DNA of 64,000 bases, taken from contig OX597833.1 in NCBI GenBank assembly GCA_951406725.2, forward strand, positions 29,822,001-29,886,000, read 5' to 3'. A program made the translations under genes and the position numbers. This DNA is from Octopus vulgaris. Taxonomy: Eukaryota. Below, one piece after another: positions 1 through 18,433 of the stretch. Below the pieces are notes generated by a model. The model made no database searches, was not told the DNA's origin, and saw only the letters and a program-made list of their open reading frames with translations. Each line of letters starts with the position of its first letter. The stretch's first letter is position 1.

Positions 1-1007
1 TTGCATTACAGACATGAATTGTTGAAGTTTCACGTCGATGTCTGGCGAGGAGAGACATTTAGGCCAGTTTTGTTTGAGGATCTCTTTCTCAATTTGTTTC
101 CAGTTTGCCTTATGGTAGTTCAAGCTGGAAAGATTTTGAGGTTTCTTGTAGGCTGCATGTCCGTGCTCTCTTTTGGCCCGTACATGGTCAGCTCTATCAT
201 GTTGTGATCCGAGAGTAGTGTCGGTGTCACTTTCACATTATGGATGAGATCCATGTCATTTGTGAAGCAGAGATCCAGTGTGTTACCTGCCCTGGTTGGT
301 TGGAGTATTACCTGCTCCATGTACAGGGTGTTGATGAGGTTCAGGAGGGACCTCGCCTGTCCTCGTTCACATCTTGTCATTCCTGGGAGAGAAAGGCCCT
401 CGGGCCATCTGACATTGGGCAGATTGAAGTCTCCCATAAGAAGCACACCTATGTGTTGTTCTAATGTGGTTAGAATTTCTTCTATTTTTATAAGGCAGTC
501 TTCAAACTTGCCCACATGGCTTGGGGCATCTGGAGGGCGATATGTAGCACACACAACTACATCAAGTTGCCTAATATGTACAATTAGTGTGTCACACACC
601 GAGTTTGAGTATGACAAGAGGACCTGGGGTGTGAGGTCCTCACGGATGTACATAGCAACACCTCCATGACTCCTTTCTTTCCTGTCGGTCCGTACTACAG
701 CATACTGTGGTATGTGTAACTCCGCATCTGCTATGTCCGGTTTCAGGTGCGTTTCTGTAAGTGCTATGCATAAGGCTTGATTGCATGCAACAAAGTCTCT
801 CAGGAACGGGATCTTTGTCCTGTTACTGAGTGTTTGCAGTCCTCTGATGTTCAGTAGGAGTATCGAGGTGAGGTGTACGTTGTTGCCGGTGGTGTCCATC
901 CTGTGTCTGTTTGCTGTGGTGGTCTGGTATATAGTGGGTAGTCCCACCTGCGGGCTTGGGTTTGATGAAGCCAGGTCAGCTGCTGTACAATCTTTTGTGC
1001 CATGCAC
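1..1007 (-). pseudogene. LINE ORF2 N-terminus (AP endonuclease), CR1/L2 group, frameshifted near 130-140, runs off the window edge
   Basis: APE motifs LNIRGL, LTETHL, RTDR..HGGV, YRPP, GDFN, NTLDL, SDH. After the stop at 120 another frame continues as SLNYHKANWKQIEKEILKQNW. Confidence 0.9.
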
Positions 1008-1762
1008 AAAAAAGATTGTTGCTCAGCAGCTGCTCTTTCGACAACATCATGTTGGCTGTTTGTGGCGCGCACAACATCTGCGTACCTCCGCTTTGGGGCA
1101 GGTGGTGCGTGGTCCATCCCTTTTCTTTGTGTTGATGGTTTGTCCATCTGCCTCGTGTCTCTGTGGCAGGGTCCCCGATGTGCAAAGCGGCAGCCTGCAC
1201 CTTCCTTTCCATGCCAGCAGGAACCTCTCAGGTAGAACATACACACCCGTGTGCGCTGTTTGGTTCCATCCTTTGCGGTTCCACTTCTATTCCTGGTTGT
1301 TTCACTCTTTGGTCCTGCTTGAGCTTTTTCTTTTCCTTTAGCTCTTCCAGTCCTTCTTTTAGTTCTTCTTCCTCCCTCTACCTCTTCACCGGGTTCTCCG
1401 TCTCCATGGCCCTTGCTGCCGGTTGGAGAACTTGCACCTGGGTTCACTTCCCGGGCAGGTTTCTCATTCAAAACCTCCTCCCAGGCGTCCACCAGGTGGG
1501 GGTGACTTCTTTCATCGTCTCCATTCTTGCCATCTTTGCCCCGCTCGTTCTCAAAGATGGCATCAAGTGCGCCAATGTGCGACCGTACAAGCGCATATGA
1601 GCGCACGAATTCCTGTCTCTTTCGCTCCATCTGAGCCGCTGTCCTCTTGTAGCCTCTGCTCTTCAGCGCAGCCGCAATCACCTCGCTAGGGCTATCTCCG
1701 CCGGCGCACTCCCATGCTCGTACGAATAAATCCAGCTCGTCACGTCTCCATGCTCTGGACAT
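851..1762 (-). CDS. LINE ORF1 with N-terminal Myb/SANT-like (trihelix-type) domain and CCCH zinc finger
   Basis: 303 aa ORF directly upstream of, and overlapping, an APE endonuclease ORF. N-terminus W-RRDELDLFVRAW...IAAALKSRGYKRTAAQMERK resembles Myb/SANT-like domains; VCMFYLRGSCWHGKEGAGCRFAH fits a CCCH finger. Confidence 0.75.
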   Translation of the reverse strand: MSRAWRRDELDLFVRAWECAGGDSPSEVIAAALKSRGYKRTAAQMERKRQEFVRSYALVRSHIGALDAIFENERGKDGKNGDDERSHPHLVDAWEEVLNEKPAREVNPGASSPTGSKGHGDGEPGEEVEGGRRTKRRTGRAKGKEKAQAGPKSETTRNRSGTAKDGTKQRTRVCMFYLRGSCWHGKEGAGCRFAHRGPCHRDTRQMDKPSTQRKGMDHAPPAPKRRYADVVRATNSQHDVVERAAAEQQSFLCMAQKIVQQLTWLHQTQARRWDYPLYTRPPQQTDTGWTPPATTYTSPRYSY

Positions 1763-1809
1763 GCTGGATAATCTGTCTATCCGTTTATCTATCTAATTAT
1801 GTTCGAGAG

Positions 1810-3030
1810 AAGACAGGAAGATATTAAGGCTAATTAGAAGATAGAGTACTTGAAAAAGAAATATTAACAATATTAAAGTTTGTGTAAAAACGTTATTTGG
1901 GTAAAAACGTTATTTAATCTTAAGGCTAATTAGGGGATAGAGTATCTGAAAATGTATTAGCAATATTAATATTATATTAGAGTGTGGATAAAAACGTTGT
2001 TTAAGCTTAAGGCTAATTAGGAGATAGAGTATCTGAAAATATATTAGCAATATTAATATTATATTAGAGTGTGGGTAAAAAAACGTTATTTAATCTTAAG
2101 GCTAATTTGGAGATAGAGTATCTGAAAATATATTAGCAATATTAATATTATATTAGAGTGTGGGTAATATTAAACATTATTTAATTTAATCTTAAGGCTA
2201 ATTAGAAGACAGAGTATCTGAAAAATTATATATACAATATTAAGCAATATTAACCGTTATTTAATTTAATCTTAAGGCTAATTAGACGTTATTAATATTA
2301 AACGTTATTTAATTTAATCTGAAGGCTAATTAGAAGATAGAGTATCTGAAAATATATTAGCAATATTAATATTATATTAGAGTGTGGATAAAAACGTTAT
2401 TTAATCTTAAGGCTAATCAGGAGATAGAGTATCTGAAAATATATTAGCAATGTTAATATTATATTAGAGTGTGGGTAATATTAAACGTTATTTAATTTAA
2501 TCTTAAGGCTAATTAGAAGATAGAGTATCTGAAGAATTATTAACAATATTAAAACAATATTAAACGTTATTTAATTTAATCTTAAGGCTAATTAACAATA
2601 ATTATTAACAATATTAAACAATATTAAACGTTATTTAATTTAATCTTAAGGCTAATTAACAGTAATTATTAACAATATTAAACAATATTAAACGTTATTT
2701 AATTTAATCCTAAGGCTAATTAACAATAATTATTAACAATATTAAACGTTATTTAATTTAATCCTAAGGCTAATTAGACGTTATTAATATTAAACGTTAT
2801 TTAATTTAATCTTAAGGCTAATTAGAAGATAGAGTATCTGAAAAATTATTAACAATATTAAACGTTATTTAATTTAATCTTAAGGCTAATTAACAATAAT
2901 TATTAACAATATTAAACAATATTAAACGTTATTTAATTTAATCCTAAGGCTAATTTGACGGTATCAATATTAAACGTTATTTAATTTAATCTTAAGGCTA
3001 ATTAGAAGATAGAGTATCTGGAAAATTATT
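1810..3030 (-). repeat. AT-rich minisatellite, about 17 variable 48-96 bp units, probably the LINE 5' UTR
   Basis: Recurring core taaggctaatta / gatagagtatctgaaaa / aacgttatttaat immediately upstream of ORF1. Confidence 0.85.
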
Positions 3031-3479
3031 ATATCGAGAACAGATATTGAAAATGTAAACAAACAAAATGACGATCGCAACTTTAACTAAGATGTGGGCC
3101 TAAGTGAAAGATAAAATAGAATAATAAATAAAATATGAAATACATGAAATTGATACTTAATCCAACAATGTGGTCTGGATTTTTTTTTTTTTTTTTTTTT
3201 TTTGGTTTACGGGATTTTTTTCAGGAGAGATGCTTCTTTTTTCTTTCTTGCAGGAGATAACTTGATTCAGTTATTTTTGCACCATGTGCGTTTCGGCGAA
3301 AATGAAAATTACTGTGTATATGTATATATTTATATATATATTTTTAACCGAAGTGTTGTAGTGATCTCTATGACTTAGAGTTTTACGTTTTGCAACTACA
3401 GTGGGTTATTTCGCCGTTCTATGCAAACTTTTTCACAGAGCAAAGGCAATCACGTCTTTCTCTGCTGAAAACGGAACCG

Positions 3480-7768
<4,289 letters not shown>

Positions 7769-7770
<2 letters not shown>

Positions 7771-8033
7771 TTTATTCTTTTACTTGTTTCAGTCATTTGA
7801 CTGCGGCCATGCTGGAGCACCGCCTGTAGTCGAGCAAATCGACCCCGGGACTTATTCTTTGTAAGCCCAGTACTTATTCTATCGGTCTCTTTTACCGAAC
7901 CGCTAAGTGACGGGGACGTAAACACACCAGCATCGGTTGTCAAGCAATACTAGGGGGACAAACACACACACACACATACACATATATACATATATACGAC
8001 AGGCTTCTTTCAGTTTCCGTCTACCAAATCCAC
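7769..8033 (-). mobile_element. tRNA-derived SINE family A, 5'-truncated copy
   Basis: Nearly identical to 9454-9713; lacks the tRNA head. Confidence 0.9.
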
Positions 8034-9453
<1,420 letters not shown>

Positions 9454-9838
9454 TTCTTTTATTCTTTTACTTGTTTCAGTCATTTGACTGCGGCCATGCT
9501 GGAGCACCGCCTTTAGTCGAGCAAATCGACCCCGGGACTTATTCTTTGTAAGCCCAGTACTTATTCTATCGGTTTCTTTTACCGAACCGCTAAGTGACGG
9601 GGACGTAAACACACCAGCATCGGTTGTCAAGCAATACTAGGGGGACAAACACACACACACACATATACATATATACGACAGGCTTCTTTCAGTTTCCGTC
9701 TACCAAATCCACTCACAACGCTTTGGTCGGCCCGGGGCTATAGCAGAAGACAGTTGCCCAAGATGCCACGCAGTAGGACTGAACCCGGAACCATGTGGCT
9801 GGTTAGCAAGCTACTTACCACACAGCCACTCCTGCGCC
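9454..9838 (-). mobile_element. Full-length tRNA-derived SINE family A
   Basis: Minus strand starts GGCGCAGGAGTGGCTGTGTGGTAAG (A box), then GGTTCAGTCC (B box), an internal (TG)n tract, and a 3' tail CCAGCATGGCCGCAGTCAAATGACTGAAACAAGT(AAAAGAAT)n. Confidence 0.92.
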
Positions 9839-9853
9839 TATATATATATATAC

Positions 9854-10081
<228 letters not shown>

Positions 10082-10082
10082 G

Positions 10083-10128
<46 letters not shown>

Positions 10129-10218
10129 TATATGTACGTATATATATATATATATATGTACGTATATATATATATATATATGTACGTATATATATATATA
10201 TATATGTACGTATATATA

Positions 10219-10563
10219 TAAATCCTTAAATCCTTAAAAATGTTTTAGCCCGAAGACCGCAGCCATGCTGGGGCACCACCGCTGAATGAGCTACACTTGT
10301 TTGTGAATTCACCTCTGATACATGGCCCTTGATCAACAAGGGAGTTCGATGCTGCTGCCCGCATCCGTGTCTCCTGTCGTGAGGTAGGTTCATCTGGGAC
10401 TCCCAACAAGAAGAGATCCAGTTTAGTTTTAAAGAAACCCACATCCACACCATGTAAGTCTCTCAGGCATTTAGGGAGGATGTTAAAGATCTGTGGTCCT
10501 CTGAAACCCAAGCTGTTGCAGTATCTGGACCGGTATTTTGATGGTGATGTTGGAATGGACATC
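10219..10563 (-). mobile_element. CR1/L2-group LINE 3' terminal fragment with (TTTAAGGA)n tail
   Basis: Encodes [20 protein letters not shown]...FKTKLDLFL, matching the C-terminus of the 43062-44249 ORF; embedded in (TA)n. Confidence 0.9.
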
Positions 10564-10590
10564 CTATATGTATATATACATATATATATG

Positions 10591-10637
<47 letters not shown>

Positions 10638-10661
10638 GTATATGTATGTATATATATATGT

Positions 10662-10695
<34 letters not shown>

Positions 10696-11122
10696 GTATA
10701 TATATGTATATGTATGTATATATATGTATATATATATATGTATATATATGTATATGTATATATATGTATATATATATGTATATATATATGTATATATATG
10801 TATGTATATATATGTATATATATATGTATATATATATGTATATATATGTATGTATATATGTATATATATATGTATATATATGTATATATATATGTATATA
10901 TATATATATGTATATATATACATGTATATATACACACACATATATGTACATATATATGTGTACATATATATGTGTACATATATATGTATACATATATATG
11001 TATACATATATATATATGTATACATATATATATATATGTATATATATGTGTACATATATATATATATATATGTATATATATGTGTACATATATATATATA
11101 CATATATATATATGTATATATT

Positions 11123-11173
<51 letters not shown>

Positions 11174-11202
11174 GTATATATATATGTATATATTTATATG
11201 TG

Positions 11203-11233
<31 letters not shown>

Positions 11234-11268
11234 GTATATATATGTATATATATATATATATATATATA
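10564..11268. repeat. (TA)n/(TATG)n microsatellite
   Basis: Directly visible. Confidence 0.95.
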
Positions 11269-12220
11269 CTAGCTGAAGGTGACCCGCTCTACGCGCGGGT
11301 AAGAGTGTGGTTGTTACTTTCCATTGCTTCCTTTCAGCACGTAAAAGCACCATCCGAACGTGGCCGATTGCAGCGCCGCCTTGACTGGCTTCCGTGCCAG
11401 TGGCACGTAAAAAGCACCAACCGATCGTTGCCGCTGCGAGCTCCCCCAGCACCTGTGCCAGCGGCACGAAAAAAGCACCCAGTACACTCTTGGAGTGGTT
11501 GGCGTTAGGAAGGTCATCCACCTGTAGAAACACTGCCAGATCAGACTGGAGCCTGGTGCAGCCTCCTGGCTTCCCAGACCCCGGTCACACTGTCCAACCC
11601 GTGCTAGCGGAAAACGGATGTTAAACGATGATGATGATGATGATTCTCCCTCTTTGTTTCTCTCTCCTTTCTCTCTCACTTTCCCACTCTCTTACTTTTC
11701 TTTCGGACTCTCCCTCGCTTTCGCTTACTCTCTATCTTTTTTTATCTCTCTCCCATTTATAAACCACAAAAGATCCTGAGTAAGTTGAGAAATAAAATAT
11801 TTAGAAAGATCAATCATAAATATCAGGCAGTGGCAACGGAAAGGTCTGCTTCAAGGCAGACAGCAAAACGCTAACATTTAAAAGGGACAGACGAACTTGC
11901 GAGCTGAATAAAAATAATAAAATATTGGAAAGCAAAGTTTGAAGGGATAGAATCTGAGGATAGTAGAGTCACCATGACTGGCAATTCTTAACGACGGACA
12001 GCAACGTATTGACAGTTTAACGGCTGGCGTAAAATTTTGAACTTGATGTAAAAGAAAATTCATAAACACCAAGTTTTGAAGTGATTCTTTCTCACGACAG
12101 TAGACTCACCATGGCAAGCATTCAAAACCTCTTCATCATGGACGACAACACATTGAAGATTAAAAGGCTGGCGCAAATTTTTTAGCTCGATGTAACAGAG
12201 AATTCCTAAACACTCGCTCC
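11269..12220 (-). mobile_element. Non-autonomous Helitron-like element (3' part), interrupted by an RTE 3' UTR
   Basis: Minus-strand end ACCCGC-gcgtaga-GCGGGT hairpin followed by CTAG|T; diverged internal duplication at about 11960-12070 and 12100-12212. Confidence 0.6.
11337..11645 (+). mobile_element. RTE LINE 3' UTR fragment with (GAT)n tail
   Basis: Homologous to 60328-60660; ends in aaacgatgatgatg. Confidence 0.9.
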
Positions 12221-12224
12221 TTTA

Positions 12225-12806
12225 AATTTTAAATTCTTCTGTGTACATGTTGCCAACCCTAACCTTACTTACGGCATCTCTGTACATGGCTTGCACAGCC
12301 CTCACCAGCCATTCATCTATCTCTAGTTTCCTCATTGACCACCAGATAAGGGATCGGGGGACCCTATCAAAGGCTTTCTCCATGTCAACAAAAGCTGGGT
12401 ACAGGGGCTTATCTTTGGCTAGGTATTTCTCCTGCAGCTGCCTTACCAGGAATATAGCATCAGTGGTACTTTTCCCTGGCACAAACCCAAACTGCATCTC
12501 ATCTAAACTAACTCTCTCTCTAATTAGTTGGGCTATGACCCTCTCCATAACCTTCATTACCTGATCCAACAGCTTGATACCTCTGTAATTATTTGTATCT
12601 AGGGCATCACCTTTACCTTTGTAGCAGTTGACTAGTATGCTGCTACACCAGTCATTGGGTATGACTCCTTCGTGTATCACCTGGTTGACTATACGGGTGA
12701 CTAGGCTATAGCTGACACTACCAGATGTTTTGAGCATCTCTGCAGTAATTCCTGAAGGGCCTGGGGCTTTCCCTGTCTTCATGCTTCTAATTACCTTAGC
12801 TACCAC
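12225..12806 (-). pseudogene. RTE reverse transcriptase internal fragment
   Basis: KAPGPSG, NYRGIKLL, QFGFVPG, FVDMEKAFDRV; near-identical to the 61027-63966 ORF. Confidence 0.95.
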
Positions 12807-15163
12807 CATCATCATCATCGCTTAACGTCCGTTGGACGGTTCGACCGGGGATCTGGGAAGCCAGGAGGCTGCACCAGGCTCCGGTCTTATCTGGCAATGT
12901 TTCTACAGCTGGATACCCTTCCTAACGCCAACCACTCCGTGAGTGTAGTGGGTGCTTTTTATGTGCCACCTGCACTGGAGCCAGGCGAGGCTGGCATCGG
13001 CCAAGGTTTGATTGGTGCATTTTACGTGCCACCTGCACGGAAGCCAGTCGAGGCGACACTGGCTTCGGCCACGATTCGGATGGTGCTTTTTACGTGCCAC
13101 CGACACGGAAGCCAGTTGAGGTGGCGCTGGCATAGGCCACGATTCGGATATTTCCTTTTTACGTATCTCCAGGGGTCCTGGCATCTGCCAGGTGCCAGTC
13201 ATAGGATTGGTTCAATTTCGATTCTGATTTTGATTTCACTTGCCCCAACAGGTCGTCGGATGAGGTTTGATATCGACTTCGCTTGCCTCAACAGGTCTTT
13301 GTGTGTCCAAGGGAGGAAAGGCATGCATAAGTGGGCTGAACTCACTTGTCCTGCCTGGTCTTTTCACGCACAGCATATTTCCAAAGGTCTCGGTCGCAGG
13401 TCATTTCCTCAGTGAGACCTAAAGTTCGAAGGTCGTGCTTCACCACCTCGGCCCAAGTTTTCCTGGGTCTACCTCTTCCCTCCACTGCTAGGGATTGGCA
13501 CTTTTTCACACACCTATCTTCATCCATTCCCGCCACATGACCATACCAGCGCAATCGTCTCTCTTGCACACCACAACTGATGCTCCTTAAGTCCAACATT
13601 TCTCTCAGGGTACTAACGCTCTGTCGAGCATGCACACTGACATTACACATCCATCGGAGCATACTGGCTTCATTTCTCGTGTGCTTACGCATGTCCTCAG
13701 CAGTCACGGCCCATGTTTCACTGCCATGTAGCATGGCTGTTCGTACACATGCATCATACAGTCTGCCTTTTACTTTGTAGCAGTTGACTAGTATGCTGCT
13801 ACACCAGTCATTGGGTATGACTCCTTCGTGTATCACCTGGTTAACTATACGGGTGACTAGGTTATAGCCGACGCTGCCAGATATTTTGAGCATCTCTGCA
13901 GTAATTCCTGATGGGCCTGGGGCTTTCCCTGTCTTCATGCTTCTAATTGCCTTAACTACCTTGGAACTGTCAACTTGGATGGCTGGTCCCTCTGTTGGGT
14001 TGACATTTGGCAGACTCTCTTTATCCCATTCATTTTCTTTATTCAGCAACCTTTCATAGTGGCATCTCCAAACCTCTCTCTTTGCATCCTCATTTAGCGC
14101 AAGTGAACCATCATCCATGCGGACACATTTCTCTCCTACCACATCACGATTCTCTCTCACACACTGTCTTGCAACACGAAATACCTCAAGTCTTTCATCC
14201 TCACAGCGCAGAATATTGGCAAATTTTTTCTTATCCGCTTCCCCTCTGGCTAAGTACACCTGTCTCCTAGCTTCCGTTCTGGCTGTCTGATACAATTCCC
14301 TGCTAGCACCGTTCTTCCAGTCCCTCCAAGCCTGTTTCTTTTGTCTAATAGCCCTGTCAACCACCTTGTTCCACCACCACGTTACTCTGGGTTGAGATGG
14401 GACTTTGCTCCATCCACAGATCTGGTCAGTGGCTGTCAGCAGATTGTCCTGTAGAAATCTGCAGTTGTCTTCCACATTAAGTAAAGCTATATCCCCTTCT
14501 ATTTCGTCAAAGGCTTCGAGTAGTATGTCTCTAAATCTCTGTCCATTTGCAGGATCTTTAAGCTTCCAGACCCTTCTCCTCCAAGCTGGTATTCTTCTGG
14601 GCAACCATTTAGCTCTGATCCTGATGTCGCTAACTACTAATCTATGTTGAGGAGTACATTCTTCGCCTGGAAAGGTTTTGGCATTTATAAGCAGCCCTCT
14701 TTCCCTCTTTCTGGCGAGGATGTAGTCAATCTGACTAGTGTGTCTGCCAGAACGGTAGGTGACTAGGTGAGAGGTGGGTTTCCTGAAGTTGGTATTGCAA
14801 ACCATAAGGTCATTTGCATCGCAGAACTCCAGCAGCCTGGTTCCCTCCTCATTTCGGGAGCCAAAACCGTAGCCTCCATGAACGCCGTGGAAGCCCCTGA
14901 CATGCCGTCCAACATGTCCATTGCAATCACCTGCCACAAAGAGAAGGTCACTGTCATTTGTCAACGAGGTAGTCTGCAATAGGGTGTCATAGAATTGGTC
15001 TTTCTGCCCTTCCGGTAGCCCTGGTTGAGGGGCATATGCCGAGATGATGGTAGCTGACCTATGGTGAAGCACTAATCTAATCTTAAGTACTCTATCACTT
15101 ACTCTGACTACCTCGATTACCTTATCTACCCATTTCTCCGCAAGAAGTATACCCACGCCCCCG
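12807..15163 (-). mobile_element. RTE LINE, 5'-truncated, with in-frame deletion of the RT core
   Basis: APE portion (GGVGILL...GD.NGH...IDY) joined at NCYK|VKGRL to the C-terminus; 3' UTR and (GAT)n tail at 12807-13340. Confidence 0.95.
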
Positions 15164-15496
15164 ATATATATATATATATATGTATGTATATGTATATATA
15201 TATATATATGTATGTATATGTATATATATATATATGTATGTATATGTATATATATATATATGTATGTATATGTATATATATATATATATGTATGTATATG
15301 TATATATATATATATGTATGTATATGTATATATATATATATGTATGTATATGTATATATATATATATGTATGTATATGTATATATATATATATGTATGTA
15401 TATATATATATATGTATGTATGTATATGTATATATATATATATGTATGTATATATATATATATGTATGTATGTATATATATATATATATATGTATG

Positions 15497-15527
<31 letters not shown>

Positions 15528-15616
15528 ATATATATATATGTATGTATATGTATATATATATATATGTATGTATATGTATATATATATATATATGTATGTA
15601 TATGTATATATATATA
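15164..15616. repeat. (TA)n/(TATG)n microsatellite
   Basis: Directly visible. Confidence 0.95.
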
Positions 15617-16114
15617 TCTCTATATTTTTGCTCCATCTATACCGGATGTCGCTTCTCCCACCACCATTATAGGTGTCTACTCTTCGAACCACCCTCTTCA
15701 ATACGCTATTTCACCATGCATTACCCCTCTCGTGATATCCTACGTTCTACTTGTCTAGAACCTGTCATCGTTTCTCCGAACATCCCTCCCCACTGGTGCT
15801 CCCTTATATTTCTGCACCATCCGAACGTGGCCGATGCCAGCACCGCCCCGACTGGCTTCTGTGCAGGTGGCACATAAAAAGCACCAACCGACCGTGGCCG
15901 ATGCCAGACCCCTCTGGCACCTGTGCAGGTGGCACGTAAAAAGCACCCACTACACTCGCGGAGTGGTTGGCATTAGGAAGGGCATCCAGCTGTAGAAACA
16001 CTGCCAGACCAGACTGGAGCCTGGGGCAGCCCCTGGCTCCCCAGACCCCGGTCGAAACCGTCCAACCCGTGCTAGCGCGGAAAACGGATGTTAAACGATG
16101 ATGATGATGATGAT
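15617..16114 (+). mobile_element. Composite: unidentified ~200 bp segment fused to RTE 3' UTR and (GAT)n
   Basis: The same composite recurs at 20628-21080. Confidence 0.8.
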
Positions 16115-16162
16115 TATATATATATATATATATGTGTATGTATATATGTATATATATATATA

Positions 16163-16797
16163 CTAGCAGTATCGCCCGGCGTTGCTCGGGTTTGTAAGGG
16201 AAATAACTATATAAGCATTTTTAGAGAGTTATAGCCAAAAAATAGCAAAAAATGCATTAAAAATGGAAAAAATATGATGGTAAATTTTTTTTAAATCGTT
16301 GACTCATCGTAGACATTTTTAGAGAGTTACTTCCCTTATATAATAGCGAAAAAATGCATTAAAATGGAAAAAAAACGATGGTAAATTTTTTTTAAATCGT
16401 AGACTCATGTAGACGCTTTCTTAGCCATTTCTGTTTTGGTGTCTTGAAGCCATGAAGTCGTTGTTCTAAAAGAACACTGGTCTCCTTGACAACGCATTAC
16501 GACGTTGATTTCCTTACACTCCCTTCCCCACAGGTGCAGATGTGAGCGTGGACGCCAACTCCGCCGCCATCGACACACGAAAAATTATGCATTAAAATGG
16601 AATAAAAAATGATGTTAAATTATTTTTAAAATCGTAGACTCATCGTAGACGCGCGCTAATATTCAGACGGGCTCGATATGAATCACGACTATAAGCTAGC
16701 CGAATTTGGTTAAACTGTACCGCAAAATGTGGGAGTAGTTAGGAATCTAAATCGAAGGGGACAGACACTCACACAACTACAGTTTTATATATATAGA
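16163..16797 (-). mobile_element. Non-autonomous Helitron family B
   Basis: 5' A|TCTATATATATAAAA; 3' CCCGAGCAACGCCGGG hairpin plus CTAG|T; no TSD; homologous to 19700-20083. Confidence 0.85.
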
Positions 16798-16854
16798 TAT
16801 ACATAGCGCAGTAGTGGTGAGATATGACAGCAAAGAAAAGCATACATTCACTCT

Positions 16855-17185
16855 CTGCATGCAATTAGACTCGGAAAGTTCGTGAGGAACCCATTGACCC
16901 AATTTGCTTACTTTTCTGATAGCACACAGGTGTCAATGAATGGTTGAATGACCAAATCCAAGCTTCTCTGCTAGTTCCTCAACAGTTACGATGATATTTT
17001 GTTCCACCAGGGTTTTCAGGATGTCCTTGTCGAGTTCTACAGATCTTTCAGGATGAGGCTCATCTTCTAGGCTGTAGTTTATGGCTCGGGATTTCTGGAA
17101 CCACCATTGACACTGCCTTACGCTTATTGTCCAATCCCCATATACTGCATTAATATTTCTTGTACTTTGCACACATTTATATTCT
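16855..17185 (-). pseudogene. mariner transposase N-terminal fragment
   Basis: RNINAVYGD.TISVRQCQ.WFQK...SLEDEP; homologous to 57330-57680. Confidence 0.85.
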
Positions 17186-17643
17186 GTTATTCTTTTATAT
17201 GTTTCAGCCTTGAGGTTGTGGCCATGCTGGATCATGTGTGTGTGTGTGTGTGTGTGTCTATCTGTCTGTCTGTCTGTATGTATATATGTATATGTATGTG
17301 TGTGAACAATAATATTTTCAACAGATGTGTTGCAAATGTATCTGATTGTTCTCAAGCTTCAATACTGTGTGTGTGTGTATGTGTGTGTGTGTATGTATGT
17401 ATGTGTATATGTATGTATGTGTATATGTATGTATGTGTGTGTGTATGTGTGTGTGTGTATGTATGTATGTATGTATGTATGTATGAGTGTATGTTTACTT
17501 TATTACTAATTACTCTCTTCCAAGAACATTTTCACTCACTCTTAGCTCTTAGCTTCCCATACATTTTACTCATGTATCTATCATCGTCATAGACAGAATA
17601 CTTTCACTTTAGTCTTCCTCAAATCACTCTGTCCGCTATTTAC

Positions 17644-18197
17644 TTTCATTTTATTCGTTGCCCACTGTGTGTGTGCGTTTGCGTGTGGTGTAAACCAGAC
17701 TAAGAAAAGCATTTGACACACACACCAGAATGTGAGTTTTCTGTAAATTTTGCTTAATTGGAGTTTAAATTTTAAAAACTGGACCTGGCATGACGCGATG
17801 CATTGTACTCTTAAAAATGCAAGGTAAATTGTAATTGAAGAAATCCTATATTGTAGATTTGTATAATTCCCAAAGGGAGGCAGATAAAATCTGCCTTTTA
17901 TAATAAGAGATATATGTATGTATATATGTATCTCTTATTATAAAAGGCAGATTTTATCTGCCTCCCTTTGGGAGTTATACAAATCTACAATATAGGATTT
18001 CTTCAATTACAATTTACCTTGCATTTTTAAGAGTACAATGCATCGCGTCATGCCAGGTCCAGTTTTTAAAATTTAAACTCCAGTTAAGCAAAATTTACAG
18101 AAAACTCACATTCTGGTGTGTGTGTCAAATGCTTTTCTTAGTCTGGTTTACACCACACGCAAACGCACACACACAGTGGGCAACGAATAAAATGAAA
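17644..18197. repeat. Near-perfect long palindrome (269 bp arms, ~16 nt spacer) of Helitron-like 5' ends
   Basis: Arms 17644-17912 and 17929-18197 are reverse complements with 2 mismatches seen. Confidence 0.93.
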
Positions 18198-18433
18198 CTA
18201 ATTCACTTACTGTAGTGAGTGATTCTTTCACTCTGCCTCCCACTTCTTCTTTCCACACAGACACGCAAATATATAAATAAAATTGTAAGCTAACGTGCGT
18301 GTGTGTGAGTGGGTGTGTGTGGGTGTGCGCGTGTGTGTGTGTGAGGGTGCGTGTGTGTGTGTATGCGTGTGCGTGAGTGTGTGACAGGAAAGTTTTTTTA
18401 TGACGAATATAACACCTATATCCAAGTAGCAGA

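Noticed and set aside
1810-3030. CRISPR-like repeat-spacer array
   Set aside because: The intervening segments are themselves repeated, there are no cas genes, and the context is eukaryotic.
9765-9838. tRNA gene
   Set aside because: A and B boxes are present but continue into a SINE body; no convincing cloverleaf.
13342-15636. 764 aa ORF as a functional fusion protein
   Set aside because: The N-terminus is microsatellite read-through into a truncated RTE lacking its RT core.
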